From contig JAAXWF010000004.1 of NCBI GenBank assembly GCA_013335095.1, positions 10,740 through 74,739 on the forward strand: a stretch of DNA of 64,000 nucleotides, written 5' to 3'. The notes below the pieces were generated by a model. It searched no databases. It saw only the letters and a program-made list of their open reading frames with translations, and was not told where the DNA came from. This document shows, one piece after another, positions 1 to 8,248 of this stretch; within the stretch, counting starts at the first letter, position 1, and each line of letters begins with the position of its first letter. Source of the stretch: a candidate division WWE3 bacterium (lineage in GTDB: Bacteria > Patescibacteriota > 4484-211 > GCA-002791395). The translations under genes and the position numbers were made by a program.

Positions 1-2
1 AT

Positions 3-401
3 ACGGCAAAAGAGGCTCATGTTGATCACTTTGTACGGTCTCTTCCAAGCGGTTACGATATGGTCATAAACGAAGAAGCCAATAATATTTCTCAAGGAGA
101 AAAACAGCTCCTGACCATCGCCCGCGCAATGCTGGCTAAAACTCCAATGCTAATTTTAGATGAGGCGACCAGTTCGGTGGATACACGTACTGAAGTATTA
201 ATTCAAAAAGCGATGGATAATTTAATGCAAAATAAAACGAGCTTTGTTATTGCGCACCGTCTATCTACCATTCGCAATGCCGATTTAATCTTAGTAATGA
301 AAGATGGAAACGTAATTGAACAAGGAACCCATCAATCATTATTGGAACAAAACGGCTTTTACGCCTCTTTGTATAACAGCCAATTCTCATCTGAAGAATA
401 A
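3..401 (+). CDS. ABC transporter ATP-binding/permease (MdlB-like exporter), 3' part, truncated by window edge
   Basis: ISQGEKQ signature, Walker B ILDEATSS, H-loop IAHRLST. Confidence 0.93.
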   Translation, partial: TAKEAHVDHFVRSLPSGYDMVINEEANNISQGEKQLLTIARAMLAKTPMLILDEATSSVDTRTEVLIQKAMDNLMQNKTSFVIAHRLSTIRNADLILVMKDGNVIEQGTHQSLLEQNGFYASLYNSQFSSEE

Positions 402-503
402 TTCATTATTAATTCTTTTGTTCTAGATGCTATAATCGCGATGTTTAACGTGGCCTTGGAATACGAAAGGAGTCGATTCCATGGATCGACAAGTACATCC
501 GCT
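370..503 (+). repeat. Direct repeat A, copy 1 (134 bp)
   Basis: Matches 1502..1635 with 4 mismatches. Contains the last codons of the ABC gene, TATAAT, SD AAAGGAG and the first codons MDRQVHP. Confidence 0.97.
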
Positions 504-1332
504 GCTGGAACGATTTCGAAATGGTAATGGTAGAAGAGGTAGATCCCCGTCAACCATTACCGTTACGACGGCCCAACTCCGAAGTATCCTACGTATACAT
601 GGAACTCCGGATCAAAGAAGGGTAGCTCGTGGTGAATTTCGGTACGGCACTTTTCACGTTAATATTGGAGGAACAATAGTTAACGTGGTCGTACGAAATA
701 CAACCAGTCGTTCATCCGACCCGAATGATAGCGGGAACCCAATAGCAGCATACGGGATATATTTTCCAAGTGCGGCTACAAGGTCAAAAAAGGCCGACGA
801 GATCTACCAGGGTCTTCGGGCGTTCGCCGAACCATTACCGACAATTATGGTCGGACCGTGGTTACGTACCGATGAGTACTTCTTTGAGGCCGCAGAGGCA
901 TTTGGTATTACCAAGTTCCCTGCCTTTGTAATGGTTAGGGCATGGTTGATATCCGGTGACAAACAACCGAGCGTCAAGAAGCTCTTACATCGCATAAAGC
1001 ATACGAGCCTTACGGAATCTTATGTGCTCATCGATGACCCAGTGTATTTCGATGATGTGCAACGTCTCATAGGGCAAATCGAGCAACTAAGCTTGATATT
1101 CAGTCAAGCAGACCCAGATCAATTCCGCCGAGCTGTGAATCGCTTTCGATCTCGTCACCAGATCAGCAAGCTTTTCTTGAACATCGGCAGTAGGTTGGGA
1201 AAAATGTCCGTTACTTTCGGATTCGGCAAGTTGGGTCTTAAAATCCAATATGCCGATGGCAAAGTCGAATCAGCTGAATTAACGGAAAAGTCTGACTCAG
1301 ATAATTCCAAGAAATCCGAATCTGCTGACTAG
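481..1332 (+). CDS. Hypothetical protein, paralog 1 (possible thioredoxin-like fold without CxxC)
   Basis: 283-aa ORF, SD GAAAGGAG, FGITKFPAFV motif, homologous along its length to 1613..2443. Confidence 0.85.
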   Translation: MDRQVHPLLERFRNGNGRRGRSPSTITVTTAQLRSILRIHGTPDQRRVARGEFRYGTFHVNIGGTIVNVVVRNTTSRSSDPNDSGNPIAAYGIYFPSAATRSKKADEIYQGLRAFAEPLPTIMVGPWLRTDEYFFEAAEAFGITKFPAFVMVRAWLISGDKQPSVKKLLHRIKHTSLTESYVLIDDPVYFDDVQRLIGQIEQLSLIFSQADPDQFRRAVNRFRSRHQISKLFLNIGSRLGKMSVTFGFGKLGLKIQYADGKVESAELTEKSDSDNSKKSESAD

Positions 1333-1346
1333 AGGGTTCAACAAGA

Positions 1347-1385
1347 GTGTGTACACCTTTAAATGAAAGGGTGTACACACATTTT
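1347..1385 (+). terminator. Intrinsic terminator hairpin
   Basis: GTGTGTACACC...GGTGTACACAC stem followed by ATTTT. Confidence 0.85.
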
Positions 1386-1501
1386 CATTAGAAGTTAGAC
1401 TTCTAAATTCGGTTAATACTTAAATTAAGCAGAACAATAATAGCCAATCGAATTTACAAAAGCACTCCATTGTGATTCGTAGGGGACGAATATCAAGTGT
1501 A

Positions 1502-1635
1502 TGTATAACAGCCAATTCTCATCTGAAGAATAATTCATTATTAATTCTTTTGTTCTAGATGCTATAATCGCGATGTTTTACGTGGCCCGGGAAGACGAAA
1601 GGAGTCGATTCCATGGATCGACAAGTACATCCGCT
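1502..1635 (+). repeat. Direct repeat A, copy 2
   Basis: Matches 370..503. Confidence 0.97.
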
Positions 1636-2443
1636 ACTACAACATTTTGTGGATCGGCCGGACAGTACTGGAAACACCCACAGCATTACCGTCACGGCAC
1701 AGCAGTTTCGTTCGATTCTCCGGAATCACGGTACGACGAAACAGCGACAACAGGTACGGCAACGAAACGGTGTCATCGGGTCACACCTAATTAACATCGG
1801 TGATGGGATTATTATCAATGTCATCGTTCGAGATGACCATAATCACGCAAGGCCTATTCATCCTCCGGCACGACAAGGCATCGGCATCTACATTCCCACC
1901 GTTGGGAAAAGGATCAAACGACCCGATGATGTGTATCTTACGATGCGGGCAAATGCAGGACGGATGCCTTCGGTGATACTTGGTCCATGGCTTAAGAATC
2001 AGCCCAACATAATTGCGGCTACGCATGCGTTTGGAATTACGCAGCCCCCGGCGATCGTATTAGTACGATCATGGATTCAGGAAAGAAGCCGACTACTGGG
2101 AGCACCCGAACTGATCGAACGAATAACACAAACGTGTCAATTTGAACCGTTTGTCGTTATTAACGATGCGGATAGTTTTGCGGATATCCCAAGACTATTG
2201 CATCACATGAATCAGCTGAGCCTGATATTTCACCAGGCGACCGCTGATCAAATTAAACGCTCGATTCGTCGGTATCGATCGCGTAGTCAGGTTGATCATC
2301 TCTTCCATTCACTCGGATCAACGTTGGGAAGTCTGTCGGTGTCGTTTTCTGCCGAGAGGCTGATGCTTAAAATACGCTACCATGAGGGCAAGGTTCAATC
2401 GGCCGAGATATCGGAGGCCGATAAAGCCGAAGCAAAGCCCTAA
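1613..2443 (+). CDS. Hypothetical protein, paralog 2
   Basis: 276-aa ORF, same SD and N-terminus, FGITQPPAIV motif. Confidence 0.85.
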   Translation: MDRQVHPLLQHFVDRPDSTGNTHSITVTAQQFRSILRNHGTTKQRQQVRQRNGVIGSHLINIGDGIIINVIVRDDHNHARPIHPPARQGIGIYIPTVGKRIKRPDDVYLTMRANAGRMPSVILGPWLKNQPNIIAATHAFGITQPPAIVLVRSWIQERSRLLGAPELIERITQTCQFEPFVVINDADSFADIPRLLHHMNQLSLIFHQATADQIKRSIRRYRSRSQVDHLFHSLGSTLGSLSVSFSAERLMLKIRYHEGKVQSAEISEADKAEAKP

Positions 2444-2473
2444 TACGTAGCGGGCAACGTGTTACTAAATACG

Positions 2474-2510
2474 GTACTGTCTTTGCCAAAACAAAGGCAG
2501 TACACTTTTT
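2474..2510 (+). terminator. Intrinsic terminator hairpin
   Basis: GTACTGTCTTTG-loop-CAAAGGCAGTAC then a T run, between convergent genes. Confidence 0.8.
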
Positions 2511-2518
2511 CTATTAAA

Positions 2519-3094
2519 CTATTCAACAATAATATCCAAACAGGTTAATAACGACATTACATCTGGGTAAGAAAAACGAGTTTTTTTGAGTTTATTTGTA
2601 TTTGGATCAATGACGTAATTACGTGCACCTTTAAAGTTTGCTTTAGTTAAATTAGCTTTAAAAAATACGGCTTCTTCCAAATCAGTATCCGAAAAATCGG
2701 CTTCGGTTAAATTGACATCTTCAAATGAAGCACCTTTAGCAATACAGCCAGTCATAATAAGTTTTGGTATTTCGATCATTCTAAAATTTGAGTAATCCAG
2801 TTGACTATTTATAAATACCAATCCTCGAACCTCTTGTGTTTGTGACCAATCGAAACTTAATACTTTTGATTTAGTAAATGTAGTATCAATAAATCGGCTA
2901 CCCAGTGGATTAATAGCACTGAACATACAGCTTGTAAAAGTGCAGTTTAAAAACCGACACATGTTTAGCTGACAATTAATAAAAGTGCACTGAGAAAAAT
3001 CACATTCTTCAAAATAAGTATCAGAGATGACTTTTTCGGTGATATTAATACCATTTATTTTTTCTTCAAAATATTCGACTTTAGTTAGGTCCAT
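2519..3094 (-). CDS. Pentapeptide repeat protein
   Basis: Repeats such as ADFSD/TDLEE/ANLTK/ANFKG. Start moved to MDLTK, just after TACAAT. Confidence 0.9.
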   Translation of the reverse strand: MDLTKVEYFEEKINGINITEKVISDTYFEECDFSQCTFINCQLNMCRFLNCTFTSCMFSAINPLGSRFIDTTFTKSKVLSFDWSQTQEVRGLVFINSQLDYSNFRMIEIPKLIMTGCIAKGASFEDVNLTEADFSDTDLEEAVFFKANLTKANFKGARNYVIDPNTNKLKKTRFSYPDVMSLLTCLDIIVE

Positions 3095-3163
3095 AAAGAA
3101 ATATTGTACCAATGTACGGTGCAGTTTCATAAATTCGATAAAGTCCATGGTAGGATTAAGCTA

Positions 3164-3586
3164 ATGCGAAAAACTACTCATGATCCCAGTGATTATATTT
3201 TATCCACACCAAAAGGCATTCAGTCAGATATAACGATACTTGACCAACGGATTAGCACAATTTTCCATAATCGTCCTCGAATTATATGGGAGGGAGTATT
3301 TGGGGAAATTAACAAACAACAGATTATTGGCTATGGAAAGCAGACATACATACGACCAGATCGAACACTGGTTGAATCTTTCATTGTTGGTATAGCTGCT
3401 CAAAACGACTATATTATCCTAATAGTAAATGCGGTTGATGGTAAACAAAATATTATTGAAAAATATGCCAATGACTTAGGTAAAGTGAATATCGCAAAAA
3501 ATAACATTAGCATTAAAAAATTAGCTGATGTAAATATAGATAAGCTCACGGATCTTCTTAAGGATGCACAAAAATTAACCAGCTAA
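3164..3586 (+). CDS. DUF1801 (YdhG-like) domain protein
   Basis: IIGYG..Y, VGIAAQNDYI, LGKV..ISIKKLADVN pattern. Confidence 0.75.
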   Translation: MRKTTHDPSDYILSTPKGIQSDITILDQRISTIFHNRPRIIWEGVFGEINKQQIIGYGKQTYIRPDRTLVESFIVGIAAQNDYIILIVNAVDGKQNIIEKYANDLGKVNIAKNNISIKKLADVNIDKLTDLLKDAQKLTS

Positions 3587-3759
3587 TCAAAAGGTAATAA
3601 CATAAATTCTCTGCGATTATTCTGGTCATGATGCAAGATTACCATTTTTTTACCGCCACGAAGTTAGACTAATTCGGCGCTTAATATTCCAAGTAATGTT
3701 TTGATCAAAATTTTCTCCAGGTCGAATTTATCAAGTTCCATTGGCAACTATGTATCAAT

Positions 3760-4011
3760 TTATTTCTTAGCCAATTTATGCTTTAGCATGTCGATAATAC
3801 CTAAAATAATTGCGTACAATATTGAATTCGACAGGATTGCAACTATATAATCGACGACGTCAATGTCATACCCAGCTTGATGTGCAAATGGAAATCCTAT
3901 GTAATAAACGCCTCCCATGAAGCCTCCGGTTTCCATTCTAGCCGAAATAAAGGATGTAATAATCCCGATAGAAAGGCCTACTAGAGAGTATATTAATATT
4001 TTTTTAACCAC
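3760..4011 (-). CDS. Small membrane protein
   Basis: Two hydrophobic helices flanking a GFPF motif. Confidence 0.65.
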   Translation of the reverse strand: MVKKILIYSLVGLSIGIITSFISARMETGGFMGGVYYIGFPFAHQAGYDIDVVDYIVAILSNSILYAIILGIIDMLKHKLAKK

Positions 4012-4125
4012 TACATTTAGTGTAACAAATCTAGTTATTTATTACCATAAAGTTCCAATATATGTCGTTTATCAAGCTGGTATGCGTAATCTTTTTTGTA
4101 ACATAGTTACATTGTTTACCATCGC

Positions 4126-4647
4126 TTAGCCAAAAGCGCGAACTTCTTTTGCATTACATTGGGACATGACTCGCTGAACATTTTGATCATCGTTCTGATC
4201 GATAGGTACCGCGACCAAAATTGATCCTTTCTCAATCTCTTTTTGAAAACTTTTGGTCTCGGCTTCGGATAGTCCCCATCCGCTAAGAGCTCCCATTAAT
4301 CCCCCGACAACGCCTCCGGTAGCAGCACCAGAGGCAGTGGCAGCAGCTGCCCCGGTCAAACCAAGCGCAGCGGCTATTGGACCACCGATAAAAAAGGCAC
4401 CCAATCCAGGAATCATATAGCTTGCTACAAGTCCTGCTAATCCTCCAGCAACGGCTCCAGTTCCGGCACCAGAGGCAGTAGCAGTTATAACATCTGCTCC
4501 TGTATCACCAGGCAGATTATCACCGACATTTGTATCTCTCATTACGACAGAGATGTCCTCGGTTCGATACCCATGATCTTTTAGCATCGTAATCGTATTC
4601 GTCGCATCATGCTCATTTTGAAAGATACCTAATACTGTTTTTGCCAT
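4126..4647 (-). CDS. General stress protein with glycine zipper (YflT/DUF1269-like)
   Basis: SD GGAGGTGA, GAVAGGLAG repeats, IPGLG..IGGPIAAALG. Confidence 0.85.
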   Translation of the reverse strand: MAKTVLGIFQNEHDATNTITMLKDHGYRTEDISVVMRDTNVGDNLPGDTGADVITATASGAGTGAVAGGLAGLVASYMIPGLGAFFIGGPIAAALGLTGAAAATASGAATGGVVGGLMGALSGWGLSEAETKSFQKEIEKGSILVAVPIDQNDDQNVQRVMSQCNAKEVRAFG

Positions 4648-4692
4648 AATTTTCACCTCCTTTACGTACATTCGCTACCAATCAACGATTTA

Positions 4693-5616
4693 TTAAACCG
4701 TATTCGTTTGATTATTAGGCGCATGTTTTACCGGTTGATCTGATACGTTACTCAACACTTGCTGTAGCATCCCGCTTTTTTCGGCATCATCAAGAAGTGC
4801 GTTGGTGATCATATCTCCCCTAGACCCAAGAACTTGATCATCGGGTGAGAGTATATTTATTGTTAAGTATTTACCGATTACGTCCTTTCTACGAGTTTCA
4901 TCGATTTTTTCTTTTATTTCTTTTGACTCTTGCATTGCTTGATCTCGAACTTCCCCAATCTCATTGCCAATTGTATTTACTGCATCAGTTGCTTTTTGTT
5001 GGCCGGCTTCGGCAGCTTGGCTTCCTTGAGTGGTTATTTGTTTGGTTTTCTCAAGTGCCGTGCTGACAGTCCCATATATACCCTGATGTCTCGCCTGTTC
5101 TTCAAATGATTGTTCCACATGTTCTTTAACAAGAATCGCATCCTCACCGACTTTAACAATATCTTCGACCTGAACTCGTTTTTTTCCTGATTGAATATCT
5201 CCCATTACTCCTTGGGTTACTTCCAACTCAACTACATAACCAGTTGATATATCAATAAAGACATCACTGACCGCGCCAAGATGAGTACCGCGTTCAGTAA
5301 TAACTTTGTTCGAAGTTAATTTGTTGTCATTTTTCATGACTTGGTGTAAATCAGTATTAAAGTCAGTACCTTTTTTGAGGACATTTTCGTGTTGAATCAT
5401 TACCGCATCATCGCCGATTGATTGTATGTCTTCAAACATAACTAACATTGCGTCCGAAAACCATCCGCCTTGTTTTAATACGAGTGCAGTAAGTTTGTAT
5501 AAGTTGGGGTCATAAATGAGTTCTTCAACAGTTTCTATTTGTTTACCGTTTTCAAGAGTTACAATTTTCATGCCAATTAGTTTTTTGCCGCTAATGGCGT
5601 TATGAGTGTTATTCAT
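4693..5616 (-). CDS. Tandem PRC-barrel domain protein
   Basis: Two G..V.D/E..I..IG.DA repeats plus a helical linker. Confidence 0.88.
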   Translation of the reverse strand: MNNTHNAISGKKLIGMKIVTLENGKQIETVEELIYDPNLYKLTALVLKQGGWFSDAMLVMFEDIQSIGDDAVMIQHENVLKKGTDFNTDLHQVMKNDNKLTSNKVITERGTHLGAVSDVFIDISTGYVVELEVTQGVMGDIQSGKKRVQVEDIVKVGEDAILVKEHVEQSFEEQARHQGIYGTVSTALEKTKQITTQGSQAAEAGQQKATDAVNTIGNEIGEVRDQAMQESKEIKEKIDETRRKDVIGKYLTINILSPDDQVLGSRGDMITNALLDDAEKSGMLQQVLSNVSDQPVKHAPNNQTNTV

Positions 5617-5700
5617 TTAGGTATAGTACTGTAGGTGTGCGTACGTTTAATTAATGTTATGTAATAGATTGATAAGGAGGATTGTGGCTTTTAGGTAGAG

Positions 5701-6024
5701 CTATTTGATGTTGTTTCCGAATTTTATCATTGCACCCCACACGATTGTTCCGGTTAATAATGATAGCTGGGCTAACATTTGTTGGCGGTTGAAAAGAAAG
5801 TACCCAGCAAGGAACGTTGTTCCAAGTATAAAGACCGCAATGATGAGCGTGTATTTTTTCTGAGCTGGCGAATATTCATGGGGCATTTTATCTTGGTACG
5901 AAGTAGCAACATAACCGTTTTTTCGACCGCGCATTTGTTTTTGTGCGGCAATAAAAGAATATAAGATAATCGCGACAAATCCGATTAAAGATGGAACCAC
6001 AATTTCAAAAATGTTTTGGGGCAT
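5701..6024 (-). CDS. Hypothetical membrane protein
   Basis: 107 aa, three hydrophobic segments. Confidence 0.65.
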   Translation of the reverse strand: MPQNIFEIVVPSLIGFVAIILYSFIAAQKQMRGRKNGYVATSYQDKMPHEYSPAQKKYTLIIAVFILGTTFLAGYFLFNRQQMLAQLSLLTGTIVWGAMIKFGNNIK

Positions 6025-6034
6025 CTTAGTGTTA

Positions 6035-6390
6035 TTGTAACGTACTGATGAGATAGATAAAGAAGATTCTTCTCAATGCCAAGAAAATTCAATGAACAAT
6101 GTTCTAGTTTACTGCTGATTTAAATTGATGATGAACAATACAAAATAAAACAGTAAATTAAAAAAGAAAGGCAAACCAAGTACTTAGTCCGAAAATTTGG
6201 AATTTTTTAACAACTTCGATACTGTCAGCAGTCGTAACCTTTTGTGATTTTACTAATTTTGAATGGTACTTCTCAGCTATTGCATAACTAATATGACCGA
6301 TTGTAATGCTGAATACAATTGATAAAAACAATTACATTTACTATTTTTAAAAAATACTTAATTCAGCAAGATTTATACAGATGACATGTT
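6035..6390 (-). pseudogene. Possible degraded membrane-protein gene
   Basis: About 57-codon frame (FLSIVFSITIGHISYAIAEK...WFAFLF) ends in a poly-T run. Hydrophobic sequence continues after a 1-nt shift. Confidence 0.3.
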
Positions 6391-6435
6391 TAGACGTGCT
6401 CTAATACAAGTTAAGTAATATAAATTTATCGAGTA

Positions 6436-6459
6436 GCCGAGTGGGATCAACCACTCGGC
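6436..6459. terminator. Hairpin, probable terminator
   Basis: GCCGAGTGG-GATCAA-CCACTCGGC, perfect 9-bp stem. Confidence 0.6.
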
Positions 6460-6643
6460 ATTGTTAGTTAACAGCGAACTGAGGATCTCCAATCCTTAGT
6501 TCTTTGTGACCCACCACAATATCATTACCATCAAATAATCCCCTTAGCATTTATTACAGTTTCGAGTGGAATACCAGAGTAGAATAGACAGATTTCACAA
6601 ACTATGGCTAGATAATCCGCGGACGAGGTTATAACATACAAAT

Positions 6644-7321
6644 ATGAATAACAACAAAGGCTTTGGGATAATCGAAACTATTATCTTATTGTGCATTATC
6701 ACTATAACGGGTGTAGCCGCGTATCTTTATTGGAATTCACAAATAACAGACAGGGACGATGTAGTTTCGGTTTCCACCCCGACACCTACCGAAATCAGTA
6801 TTTCAGCAACTGATGAGCCATCCCCATCCCCAACGCCACAGCAGGAACAAAATTACGTGTCCGATGACTTTGGAATTACATTCCAGATACCTAATGGCTT
6901 CAAGATTGAAAGAAGCATGGGAAGCATAGGTTGCGACCAACTTGAAGGAATTGATCGTCAAATAAGAACCTGCACCCAAGATGAAGTCGAAATACCTCAA
7001 TTAAAAATTTTCACTGAAGAAACCGACCAAGATGGTTCTAGCTATGATCTAATCATTGAACCCGCTCAAAACAGCTCTGGCGCAAGTTGTGGATACGGTG
7101 CAACGGCCTATCGAAACATTACATTTTTAGGCCGGAATAGGAACATTTTCACTTGTGAGGAACCCGGAAAGGGCGCCAAGATCGGATTTGGCATCAATCA
7201 TACTGATGATCTATTGACGCTCCCGGAATCATCTCGCTACAAAGGAATCTTTGTATACATTTTCGCAAAAGACGAAGAGATGTATCAACAATTCCTGAAC
7301 ATACTTTCCAGTGCCAAATAA
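6644..7321 (+). CDS. Exported protein with type IV prepilin-like N-terminus
   Basis: KG|FGIIE followed by a hydrophobic helix, P/T/S linker, then a Y.S..FG.TF..P (PsbP-like) start. Confidence 0.75.
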   Translation: MNNNKGFGIIETIILLCIITITGVAAYLYWNSQITDRDDVVSVSTPTPTEISISATDEPSPSPTPQQEQNYVSDDFGITFQIPNGFKIERSMGSIGCDQLEGIDRQIRTCTQDEVEIPQLKIFTEETDQDGSSYDLIIEPAQNSSGASCGYGATAYRNITFLGRNRNIFTCEEPGKGAKIGFGINHTDDLLTLPESSRYKGIFVYIFAKDEEMYQQFLNILSSAK

Positions 7322-7359
7322 ATAATCAGAAGTAAAAGTAATATTGGTATTAAAACAAA

Positions 7360-8142
7360 TCAAATACGGACTAACTTCACCATATTATCAACAATGTCTA
7401 TGGATTTATTAACATATTTTTCATATGAAGTTTTTAGTAACAGTTGATAATTATATATCCGCTCCCGTAAATAATGTGGCAAATCGACACCAGATACATC
7501 ATTAAGTAGTATTATTTTCCCTATTTTCACCCACCCCATAGAGCCGATTCTATAAGGAATAACAATCGCTTCACGTTCAAAGTTAGGGTACATTGCGAAT
7601 CGATCCTTAACGCGTTTGAGCATACAGTGAGGATTCAGATCACATACGGATAATGAACCCTTGTGCAAATCAATTAGAACTAAATCATCAGCGAGTAAGG
7701 CCAAATCAGGATCAGATTTTAGCAAAGATATGATGTACTCAGTTTTACCTGAGCCAGGTAGACCAAAAACGACAGTAGCCTCATTTGAATCGGTTTCGAT
7801 AAAAGCAGAGCCATGAAAGTTTGAGATTGCATGCGAATGATAAAGGTATGAACATATTCGGGTAGCAAAAAGATAGTGTATTTCTTCAGGTATTAAAGCG
7901 TGTTCAATGCTAGGGATAAATATAACTGTTTGTAATGCAAGATCTATAGTGAAAACGCCCCAATAAGGATAATATATATACGTAAGATGATTTAAGTTTC
8001 CGAGCCAGCAGCTAAATCGATCTCGGTGTAAAGCCGACTCCCACTGAACGAATTGTACATAGAGTCCAGTCGGAGCCGGTTCTTTAATACCCAGATTAAT
8101 CTGAGCAATAGCCTTGATCGCTTGTTCCCTTTGGTTTTGCAT
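7360..8142 (-). CDS. HPr kinase-like P-loop protein
   Basis: FHGSA, Walker A GLPGSGKT, LLADDLVLI. Confidence 0.8.
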   Translation of the reverse strand: MQNQREQAIKAIAQINLGIKEPAPTGLYVQFVQWESALHRDRFSCWLGNLNHLTYIYYPYWGVFTIDLALQTVIFIPSIEHALIPEEIHYLFATRICSYLYHSHAISNFHGSAFIETDSNEATVVFGLPGSGKTEYIISLLKSDPDLALLADDLVLIDLHKGSLSVCDLNPHCMLKRVKDRFAMYPNFEREAIVIPYRIGSMGWVKIGKIILLNDVSGVDLPHYLRERIYNYQLLLKTSYEKYVNKSIDIVDNMVKLVRI

Positions 8143-8248
8143 CGTTTCGGCTAATTAACCGCACGAGTGTGACCATCCCAGATCCGGTTTGTTCAGAGGT
8201 AACGTCGTTGGTACGACTCGCTTGCTCGGATACTTTTATATCTGTCAT
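8096..8248 (-). CDS. Putative RiPP precursor, 50 aa: MTDIKVSEQASRTNDVTSEQTGSGMVTLVRLISRNDAKPKGTSDQGYCSD
   Basis: Read by hand, not in the ORF track. Strong SD GGGAGGTGA upstream. Lies between the cyclase-like and kinase genes. Confidence 0.65.
   Translation of the reverse strand: MTDIKVSEQASRTNDVTSEQTGSGMVTLVRLISRNDAKPKGTSDQGYCSD

Noticed and set aside
3590-3745. Short interrupted minus-strand frame MELDKFDLEK...
   Set aside because: Stops after 25 codons and has no recognisable homology.
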